Below the pieces are notes generated by a model that was not told the origin of the DNA, searched no databases, and worked only from the letters and a program-made list of their open reading frames with translations. A stretch of 64,000 nt of DNA from Chrysomallon squamiferum (lineage: Eukaryota; Animalia; Mollusca): contig CM022679.1 of the NCBI GenBank assembly GCA_012295275.1, forward strand, positions 4,774,001-4,838,000, in the 5' to 3' direction. Of the stretch, positions 28,601-38,352 are shown piece by piece (positions within the stretch are counted from its first letter, which is position 1; every line of letters begins with the position of its first letter). The position numbers were made by a program, and so were the translations under genes.

Positions 28601-30885
28601 AACAATAGAAAAAAATTAAAAAATTTAAATAAATAAAAGAGATTAAAAGGAAAACTAAAGAAATAAAATTTGTATCAAATAAATAAATAAAAGAGATTAA
28701 AAGAAAAACTAAATAAATAAATTTGTATCAAATAAATAAATAAATAAATAAATGAGAATAAAAGAAATAATATTTAAACAAATGAATTTGTATTAAATAA
28801 AGAAATAAAGAAAGAGATTAAAAGATAAGATATATTTAAACAAAGATATTTTTAGCAAATAAATAAATAAAATAACACATTAAAAGATCAAATAAAATAA
28901 AATAAAATATCTATCAATCCAAACACAAAATCTACAAAGTTTTTTCTTTCTATATTTATAAACCTATTTTGAATATTTCACAACACCAGATCAAACATGG
29001 CAACTTTGTATATTAATTTAAGTGTTACAATACTAGAATAAAAACTTATAAAAGTTTACAAAAAAAAAAAAAAAAATAAAATAAAATAAAATAAAAAAAA
29101 AAAGTAAAAAAAAGGGTAAAGCAATTAATAAAATAAAACAAACATGACTTTATTTTTACAATGCCTCTGATAATTCCTGATTTCCTGGAAACAGTGAGCT
29201 CACCTGACTCTCCTCCTATGAGAGGTTTGTTACTGAAGTGGGTAAGCAGGTCTTGCAGAGTTTTGAAACTTCCGTGACCAAACTGAAAATCGCTTCCTGT
29301 CCACCGGACGTTGAAATGTTTAACTGACTTGTCACATCTGTAAGTAAATAGTTCAACATTGAACTCTGACTGTACTTGGATTACTATACATCACAAAACA
29401 CAACATACATACATACACACTTGCTTACACAAACACACACTCACACACAGAAATATTTACATACTTGCCCACCTCTAACGTTAAAGGACTAGAATTTAAT
29501 TTGTCTGTCCTCTAACAAGAACTATATTCATTGCCTTACTGTAACATTTAAATTATTTCAATTATCTGCCCTCTGATAATTCTCTAACAAGAACTATATT
29601 CACTGCTTATACCATAACATTTAAATAATTTAATTCATCTGCCTGACGAGAACTGTATTCACTGCCTATACTGTAATATTTTAAATCATTTAACTTACAT
29701 GCCCTCTAAAAAAAAAACTGAACTCAATGCTTATACTGCAGTATTTAAATAATTTAACTAGTATACTGTCTTTCAAGAACTAAATTCATTGCCTAACTGT
29801 CGTATGCAAGACACTTCCAATTCCAAAATGAATTAAAAACATACCATAGATATGTTGATTAACAATAATAATATCAAAACCGTGATTTTAATCAATATAT
29901 TTTACATTTTAGCATCATGATGTTTAGCCTCAATCAGGTTTTATTTTGTTGAAATTTTCTAATTTAAAACAAGAAGACTCACTTGACAGACAAGGCATAC
30001 TCCGACTGTTCTCCTGATTTTGAACTTGGTCGCAGTAAGTAAGTACCGTCTGTACCGTTCTGCAGCAGCATGCTCTCTGCAGTGTGCCGGTTCAGGTTTG
30101 GGTGAAAAAAACTGAAAATTAAATTTGTTAAAATATGAAATTTTTTTAAACATTAAAACATGTTGATGCTGTATGAAATATTTCTATGGTATTATCAATT
30201 CAGTTGTTATAGCTTAGATATGGATAATTAAATTTCTGGTTTTTCAAATGATTGTGAAGAAGGATTAAGTAAACCGTTATAAAAAAAAAAATTAAAAATT
30301 CGGGTACGATTAGGTTTAAGATAAAGAAGGTTAAGTAAAATAAAAAATAATTATTAAATAAAGAAATTAAAAAATACAGATTTATTTTCAAAATTAAAAT
30401 CAACTGATATAAACATAATACAGGTATGAAAATTTCATTAAAGTTAACATTTTAAATACCTTTTTATTTATATCCAAAAATCTTGAATAATAATCTGCAT
30501 GGTATCTATGTAAAATGTGTTTTGGATGTTTGTAGCATATGAGTACATGTATATTAAAAATGAATACTTATGTGGGCATATGTAATGTATTTATATGGTA
30601 TGTCTGTCTAGTATGTGCAAGTGGTATGTGTGAAATTTGGTATAATATGTGGGGTTTCACATGCATTCATGCACCAAAAGGCTCACCGATACCTGTTTTT
30701 CCTCTGGGACTACTAATCTTCACTGAAACGTTACTTACAAACATTGTCTATCAACATAAAAAAAAAAATGTAAAAATATTTTTGGTTGATTTTTATTGGT
30801 GTTGTTCAAAGATTTACTTTCAATGGTAACTGCAATCTGATACTTACAAAAGATTTTCAATATCTTCAAGGCAAGGTCCCACCAT
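23941..30885 (-). CDS. DAPP1: DAPP1/Bam32-like dual adaptor for phosphotyrosine and 3-phosphoinositides (SH2 + PH)
   Basis: Minus-strand exons 30885-30848 (MVGPCLEDIENL), 30111-29983 (FFHPNLNRHTAESMLLQNGTDGTYLLRPS), 29337-29204 (SVKHFNV...HFSNKPLIGGES), 28589-28465 (PYPRDIAEPDLYEDV), 27339-27292 or 27237-27190 (INSKEGFLTK..), ~25393-25243 (NWKTRWFVLQKNELKYF), ~24477-24390 (FDWRTFYMYASSEQDMKEWI), 23949-23941 (NR*). Colinear with DAPP1 as recalled (WYHGNLTRHAAE, PYPRKVEEPSIYESV, KEGYLTKQGGLVKTWKTRWF). Confidence 0.9.
24497..24905. repeat. ~36-39 bp minisatellite (aacacacaggtccatgtattcacataaaataaacagt), about 11 copies, intronic in DAPP1-like gene
   Basis: Direct reading of tandem units. Confidence 0.95.
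27190..27237 (-). CDS. DAPP1: DAPP1-like PH beta1/loop exon variant B (INSKEGFLTKEGRFIK)
   Basis: 48 nt, phase 0/0, acceptor ttttcctttcag, donor gtaact. Confidence 0.85.
27292..27339 (-). CDS. DAPP1: DAPP1-like PH beta1/loop exon variant A (INSKEGFLTKLGDRCK)
   Basis: 48 nt, phase 0/0, acceptor tttttatttgcag, donor gtatga. Confidence 0.85.
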
Positions 30886-32498
30886 TCTTTTCCATTTCTA
30901 GATCACTAATACAGGTATCTTTTCTCCTACACAAGAAATATATAAAAACATACATACATACATACATATACACACACACATATATATATTATATATATAT
31001 ATGGATGGATGGATGGATATATATATGTATGATGTATGGATAGTTGGATGGATGGATGGATGGATGGATGGATGGATGTATAATTATAATGTTGATATTG
31101 GTGATGATGATAATTATGGTTATTATTACTCGTGGTGGTGGTATTATTATCGTGATGTCTCTTTACAATTCAAATTTATAAACATATTTTTTTCTTATAT
31201 ATTACACACAGAAATGCTAACATATGAATACATATGATATGCTCAAAAGAATTTAATGCAAATATACCAATACACATCCATACACAAAATTTAATTTATG
31301 AATTGGGACAGCTTCATGGTTATTTGTATTGATGCAAATGAGTGAATAGTTAAATTTTATAATTCATGAAATTAAACATAACATTTAATATTTATAATCA
31401 TGTAATATTTGCTTTTATTAAGATGAATGAGTATGTGTAGGCTTCATTTCAAGTATTCACAAACAAACATATACACACCCACATATGCAGAAAGAAATGT
31501 GCGCACAGACCACACACACAAGCAATATACATTAAACATACAATTATATCAAAATAACCAATATCTAAAGTAATCAATACACATAATAAACTGTAACTTT
31601 TACTCACATTTATTCAATATTTACTTGATATATCCATGAACAAACATATTTTCATAAAGAATACATATTTTGTACATGAATGCACTCAAGTTTCAAGGAA
31701 GTCATTTTAAAAGGATTAAGAAAAATAATTTGATCTATATGTATTTAGTAAGTGATGTTGAATACCAAACAACCTGGAACTGATAGAAATGGGAAATCTG
31801 GCTTTGAAGTGATTGATCAATATATAATTTGACAGCACCTCAAGCAATCAATCCTTATAACATGTATCACTGATACTTCAGTTAAGAAGCAGGATCATTA
31901 ATTATAAAGCATTTATAGAAATTTTCATCAGTAAAAGATTATACTTGTTAATTACATTATTAATAAATTAATTTATTATCATAAAATTTATCTGATTATT
32001 TATTATCATTATAATTATTATTATTTTCTATTATCAGTATTATTACCTTCATTAATACATTAAAAAACTTAGGTTAAAAAACATTTAATAATTTGATACC
32101 AGGTTTAATAAGATTGTTTTATAAATGCATACTATACTGTTAAATACTCAGATCATTTTGTTCAAAACAGCAATAATTTGTTTAATTATATATATATATA
32201 TATATATAGTACAAGTGTTTTCTGTTTTTTTTAAAACTTCTCTATGTTCTTTCTAATTAGTTTTTGATGACACAACTAGAATGAAGTAATAATCTGAATA
32301 TAACACCTATTTACTTATTTACCTTTAGGCTAATCATCAGTCTAGTACAAACTAATTACTTGTTTGTATGACAAATGGCAACTTCAAATACAATGAGTCT
32401 TCAACAAACAGCCTAAAACCTATTTTTATACTTTTTACAAACAATTATCTTATAAATATTCAGGTATCAAGGTGTTTTTTTTATGTTATTCTTGTGAA

Positions 32499-32529
<31 letters not shown>

Positions 32530-33061
32530 TTTAATTACTAATAATGAAACTTTGAAAGTATGAATTTGGAAAACGTACACACATAGCACATTATCTTACA
32601 AAGTGAATAATGTGAATCACTTAAAATTTTGAACCTATCATATAATGATGACTAATCAGGTTTTTTGATAAAAATAGAGTTAATTATTTAAGTAACAAAC
32701 ACTGAGACACTGACATACATATGATATATATTTTAAAATAAGATTTTTTAATTATTTCTCAATACATTTTTTTTTTTTTTTTTTTTTTAATAATAATTTC
32801 AAAAGCAACAAAAATGTATAGACGTGTGCGTCAACAGGCGATTATTTATGAAATAACTGTAATAACAGTGAAGTAAAATCCGTAAGTGAAGAATGTAGCC
32901 TGGTTCAAGTGCTTCGAGTCTTTTCAGTTTTATTACCAATGTCGAAATTCAGTTGATTAGTTTTATAAGAAGATACTCAAACGTATCCAGTTTCCTATGT
33001 TCAGATATAAAACTTTCGTCAATTTCAAAAAGATGTAACGTTTAATGATTGACATACTTAC

Positions 33062-33155
33062 GTCTGCTTAATTTTCTTTTAACATGATCTCACTTCTTTT
33101 CTTGTTTGTATTTTCCGCAACGAACGATAACTCATTATTTCATTTTCCGGAACAT
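33062..33155 (-). other. Probable non-coding first exon / promoter of the DAPP1-like gene
   Basis: Strong minus-strand donor (gac|gtaagtatg at 33061), local CpG enrichment, ETS-like ttccggaa near 33145; would splice to the acceptor at 30926. Confidence 0.5.
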
Positions 33156-33269
33156 TTCGATCTTTTTATAATAATTTTTTTCGCTCAGCTTTATTACATC
33201 TGATTTGAAATTGTAAAGGTGTATTGGTATTCTTTATTTGTTTGTTTATTTATTATTAATTGTTTTTGT

Positions 33270-33300
<31 letters not shown>

Positions 33301-33319
33301 TTATTATTATTATTATTTA

Positions 33320-33376
<57 letters not shown>

Positions 33377-34206
33377 TTTTTTTTTTCTAAATTAAACCCA
33401 CACCTTTCGTCTTACGGCATGGGTTTTAGGGGCAATCGGAAAGTTTAGAAAATGTATTTCATATTCATTAACGTTTTTCTTTAAAAAAATATATTACTGG
33501 AGACCTCATTGTACATGTAACAACCCATGTGCTTATACAATTTTCATCTACGTTTATGGGAATGCGCTTTTACCTGTAGTATTATTATGTCCATTATTTT
33601 TTTTTTACCTATATAATTAAACCGATTCTATTTATATACATGTAGGACATCTTTTTTTCCCATTATAAAGTTATGAATATTCATTTTATCGACAAAATTA
33701 ATTGTCATGCATAATTAGTAGGCCTGTAAGGAACATTTGTACATACATGTATATTGTTAAGCTGTCTATATAATTTTATAATCCGTTTAAAGATTAAGTG
33801 ATAAAACAAATCATCTAAATATGTTCTGTAGTCTCTCTTTCTCTCTCTTATACGTTTCAGTTCCCGTATAAATGCCATGTTACTTGATTTTTGATGTGAA
33901 TTTTTGTTGGTTTGGCAAAAACGCCGTTACCTTACGATGTGTGTTTATGTGTGTGTGTGTGTGTGTGTGTGCGCGCGCACAGTATCTTAATATCGTGCTT
34001 TTTAATAATTATTTGGATACTATTATTATTATTATTATTATTATTAATTTCCCCAAATATTTAACTTTTAAGCTTGAACACCGCCCCTTTAGAGTGCTAA
34101 TTTAATGTATTTTATACAAAAGTTTTGTCATGTTTATTATGTCGATTTTAATCATTTTGTGGGCAGCTGGAATGAAACCAGAAACACTCATTCTTAAGGT
34201 TTAGGT

Positions 34207-34222
34207 GGCCCTTAAAAGGGCC
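34207..34222 (-). terminator. Histone 3'-UTR stem-loop (GGCCCT-TTTA-AGGGCC) of the protamine-like gene
   Basis: Minus strand reads aagaaac GGCCCTTTTAAGGGCC accta, 43 nt after the stop codon; matches the metazoan SLBP-binding hairpin; purine-rich AAGAATGAG downstream. Confidence 0.9.
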
Positions 34223-34265
34223 GTTTCTTGACATAATATTTCTGAACATTTTACTCTAGTAATGT

Positions 34266-34577
34266 TCATCTTCTAACACCCTTTCTTCTTCCCTTTCGAA
34301 TTCTCCTATGTGACCTTCCTCTCCTACGTTTCTTCCGACTCCTTGATCGGGTTTTTCGCCTTTTTCTTGATCTAGATTTTGATCTGTGTCTAGATTTAGA
34401 CCTTTTACGTTTTTTTCCATGATGTCTTTTGTGTCGTTTGGCCTCTTCTATGACCACGGATGGCGATACGGATCGAGAGTGGTTTCCGGTGTTGGGTTCG
34501 GAATCTGATTTACTTCCGGATACAGATGGACTCTCAGATACCGGTGAAGCAGATCTGGAACTTCTAGCACTCTGCAT
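34266..34577 (-). CDS. Intronless protamine-like sperm nuclear basic protein (Ser/acidic N-terminal half, Arg/Lys/Ser-rich C-terminal half; PL-III/pre-protamine-like)
   Basis: 103-aa ORF with good start context (caaaATG), C-terminal KRKRSKSRHRSKSRSRKRRKTRSRSRKKRRRGRSHRR, non-microsatellite codon usage, histone stem-loop downstream, TATA upstream. Confidence 0.8.
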   Translation of the reverse strand: MQSARSSRSASPVSESPSVSGSKSDSEPNTGNHSRSVSPSVVIEEAKRHKRHHGKKRKRSKSRHRSKSRSRKRRKTRSRSRKKRRRGRSHRRIRKGRRKGVRR

Positions 34578-34748
34578 TTTGAATATTTCTTTATTTCTTT
34601 ATTTCTTTATTTCTTTATTATTATTGTTTATTTTTTTTTATTATTATTATTATTATGTTTATTTATTATTATTTTTTTTTATATAATAGCGTTTAGTGTA
34701 CGTACGTATTATGTATTTTAAAAAATAAAAATAAAAAAAATAAAGAAA

Positions 34749-34800
34749 TGACGTCACAAAAACCGCGGACTTTTTATAACCACCGCAGAACGGACGTCAC
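34749..34800 (-). promoter_or_regulatory. Core promoter of protamine-like gene: TATAAAAA (34771-34778) + CRE TGACGTCA (34749-34756) + second CRE-like site (~34792-34799)
   Basis: Motifs read directly; same arrangement as in the partner gene. Confidence 0.6.
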
Positions 34801-35859
34801 TGGAGTACTTAACGACACTTACTTATTGAATCTGTACATAACTGTGTTTCTTTTTCTTCTTAAATTACAAGTTGTGAAGCAAATATAATATTCATCACAC
34901 TTTGAAGTAATTAAATTAATTCCTAAAAGAAGCACTCTTACATTATCTTTTAAAATCGAGATTTTTCGTTTTACTGGGAAAAAAGTTAATTCTTAAAACT
35001 TAACAGAAATCACGCGAATTAAAAATAAATGAATTTTTGCAATGAATATATTCAAATTCTAAGACGTAGTAATTACATTGTGTTTATAATCGCAACATTA
35101 TATATAATAAAAATTGAAATGAAAAACAAATACAGTTGAAAGTTAATAAATAAATACTTCGCGATATAAAAAAATCAAATAAAAAGCTACACCTTTTTAC
35201 TACTATTATTAGAGGAATTATTACTATTATTTTGATTGGACAGGCAAATAAAACTACCTTCCTCTCATTCAAAACATTCTTTAACCCCCCCAAAATAGAC
35301 ATCCCGCCATAGAGAGACTGGTATACGTCACCAAATTAAACATGCCTTTGATCTTTATCAAGTAAACTAAGTCATAAACATGACTTAATATATATATAAA
35401 ACAACAATAACAACAACAACAACACTAAAATAAAAACAAGAAACAACAACAACAAAAGAACACACAAATAAATAAGGAAACAAATCAAGTTTCTAAACAA
35501 ATCCGATATGTATAGGAAAGTGATAATTACTTTTATAAAAAATTACGTTCTTTTGAAATATTAGAAGATATTTCTTAAGCGTTAACTCATATGTAAGTAT
35601 TATCTGGTGAGTTTAATCTTCTAAAGAAAATTAATTTAACACAACACGAGTTATAACAAACGCATTCCAGTGATGGTGTATAATTCATATGCGGCTGATT
35701 CTGCAAGTGTTATCAGTTTAAGGAAATATATTTTCCAGGTCTTTATTTTACGTCTAGCTAACTGTTTTAAAGAATTACAAATAAGTCATATAACTAAAAC
35801 GATATTCATATTTATTAACAATTAGGCAACGTTTTTTTCTAACGTTTTCAATGCCGTGT

Positions 35860-35914
35860 TTCCGTTTGCGTCCGCCACATATCTATAAATAGTGCCAACA
35901 AAGATGTGACGTCA
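35860..35914 (+). promoter_or_regulatory. Core promoter of H1-like gene: TATAAATA (35884-35891) + CRE TGACGTCA (35907-35914)
   Basis: Motifs read directly, 37-67 nt upstream of the ATG. Confidence 0.7.
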
Positions 35915-35950
35915 ACGTGTCATAGTGTCGAATGAAAAAAAGCGTTTTCT

Positions 35951-36523
35951 ATGATGCCGGGTTCTAAGGCATCTAGATCCCGGTCGGGCACTAGATCTAA
36001 ATCTAGATCTAGATCAAGGTCCCGATCCCAGTCGAAATCTGGGTCTTTAACACCCTCTGATCAAGAAGCGAGTAGCGAGGGCCAGGACATAAAGTTGAGA
36101 CCTAGTGGTGTGCCCAGCAAAACATCGTCAATGGTGATGAAGGTTGTAGATGCAATTAATAACATCCGTGACGAACAGGGAACATCCGCGCAGGCCATCC
36201 GCAAATACATCGCATCGACGACACCAATTCCTGCTTCCCAGTTGAAAATTCAGATCAGGAAAGCTTTGGCTGAAGGCGTTGAAGAAGGTGTACTTGTCAG
36301 ACCTAAAGGATCAAAGGCCACAGGTAGCAACGGACGATTTAGGGTAAACAATAACAAGGCTTGCCGGAAAGCCTGCATACCACGATGTCAACCAAAACCA
36401 AAAACATGTCGTCGCAGAAAGCCTAAATGCAAGAAGAAGAAGAAGAGGCGTTGCAGGAAAAAGCGAAAGAATAGATGCAAGAAGAAAAAACGACGATGTA
36501 GGAAGAAGAAAAAACGATGCTAA
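35951..36523 (+). CDS. Intronless histone H1-related protamine-like protein (PL-I type): SR-rich N-tail, H1/H5 winged-helix domain, Cys/Arg/Lys-rich C-tail
   Basis: 190 aa; globular motif VVDAINNIRDEQGTSAQAIRKYI...IRKALAEGVEEGVLVRPKGSKATGSNGRFRV matches the linker-histone fold; (SR)n N-terminus; histone stem-loop downstream. Confidence 0.92.
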   Translation: MMPGSKASRSRSGTRSKSRSRSRSRSQSKSGSLTPSDQEASSEGQDIKLRPSGVPSKTSSMVMKVVDAINNIRDEQGTSAQAIRKYIASTTPIPASQLKIQIRKALAEGVEEGVLVRPKGSKATGSNGRFRVNNNKACRKACIPRCQPKPKTCRRRKPKCKKKKKRRCRKKRKNRCKKKKRRCRKKKKRC

Positions 36524-36552
36524 ACAAGCACGTCCATCCATATGATAAAAAA

Positions 36553-36568
36553 GGCCCTTTTTAGGGCC
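36553..36568 (+). terminator. Histone 3'-UTR stem-loop (GGCCCT-TTTT-AGGGCC)
   Basis: aaaaaa GGCCCTTTTTAGGGCC acaaa, 29 nt after the stop codon. Confidence 0.92.
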
Positions 36569-36671
36569 ACAAAACACACACGAATGTTGTGGTTCTTTCA
36601 GTTAACATCCAAATTGCTGCCTAGAAAAAAATAAATATAATAATAATAATAAAAAATAATAATAATAATGC

Positions 36672-36717
<46 letters not shown>

Positions 36718-36984
36718 TAATAATGACAAACTTTCACTAACATGTTACTTAATAAATTATTATTATTCAATGACACAGAAACGTCACTTCAGATCTTTCG
36801 CTTACGTAATGACAAATCAAATAGCCATAAATAAAACCGACTTGGTGTTATTATTTTAAATAAAATAAAATAAAACGAACAAAACAACAATAATAGAAAC
36901 AAACAAACAAATAAATAATTAACAAAAACAATTAAAAAAATATGATACCCTTTCTCAAAAATAAAGTCAATAATTAAGTAAAAA

Positions 36985-37037
<53 letters not shown>

Positions 37038-38315
37038 GAAGAAGAAGAAGAAGAAGAAGAAGAAGAAGAAGAAAGAAATGAAAAACATAATACATTAGTA
37101 TTTAAGGAAAATATATTAATAAAAAATATTTAAAAAACAAAAATAATAATGTTTAATAAAATTTAATAAAACATTGTGGAAAGAGGGAGATAACTCTATT
37201 TTATTTATAAATAAGTCATTTATTAAAGAAGATAATAATACTCACTATCCCTTGCCTGTGAAAATAAATGTTATCAATAGTCTTTGTTTATTTTTGGTAG
37301 TAGTAATATTATTGTTATTAAATAAGTGTTTAAGAGAACTACAAATAAAATTAAATCGATGATTTGTGTAAACTGTTTTGTAATAAATATGAATGTTCTT
37401 GCTCGTTACATTTGTCAATAATAAGTATTAATTCAGCTTGTCATTTTATTGTCATACGCAGGCTAGAGTTGAGTTTTTAGGAGGCTTACTGCCGATAACG
37501 AAAAAACAACATTTGATATACCAAAAATTATTATATACAATTTTTAATGAAAGTGCTTGGATTAAACACTAAATGTATACCCGTGCACACACACACATAC
37601 ATACATCTAGTTATATTTATACCGTTGCTTGTGAGCATATATACAAATCGTATATATTTAGCACTAATTACACAAATATTTAATGAACAGTTTGAAATGC
37701 GGCCTAATTCAGGATCCGTACTGTTATAAGGCATAACTGGTCATGAAACACGAACAAATTAATCGCTTGTAAGTTTGCAATATTTATTCAAACAACATAA
37801 TGCAATGCAAAATAAATTAAATAAAAGGTGAAGGTGTCAATTTCTTTTTTTCTTCTTCTTCTTATTATTAGCAATGTATATTCATATTTTCTTATTGTTC
37901 TGAAAACAGAATAAAGAAAATAAATAAATAAATGAATAATACGATGAAGTAGCTGTGTCATATTTTTAAATGAACTGCTAGTATATTTTTAAGTTAAACT
38001 ATTAAGGATAATTCAAAATTGGAATGCCATTTATGCATTTATTTATTTTTTAAGTACAAAATACAATGTTTATATATGTTTTGTTGCATAAATATCTATA
38101 GATCTACAAACTTATAATGGCATAAATGTGGAGACAAGATGATAGATTAGTAGATGCCTCTCTAACAAAATCGAGAAACACCTACGTAAAACAGCTGAGA
38201 TAAATGCATTACAAACGGATAGAATGTTAGTAATATGTATTTTAAAGTAGAATAAATTGCAGGAAATGCTGACTATCTGTGTGTCAGAGTTTAAAAATAG
38301 CGCCTATTTGATACA

Positions 38316-38352
38316 TGCGCATGCGCGAATAATGTAAACACCAATATGGCTG
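38316..38352 (+). promoter_or_regulatory. NRF1-type motif TGCGCATGCGC (38316-38326) and YY1-like AATATGGC over the start codon
   Basis: Consensus matches immediately upstream of the BTB gene ATG (housekeeping-type promoter). Confidence 0.55.

Noticed and set aside
34429-34686. Plus-strand 85-aa ORF (and 36311-36577 minus ORF)
   Set aside because: Antisense shadows of the protamine-like and H1-like genes.
35932-35967. Upstream ATG before the H1-like ORF
   Set aside because: Out of frame and short; would become an in-frame extension if the A7 run were A6, so cannot be interpreted without reads.
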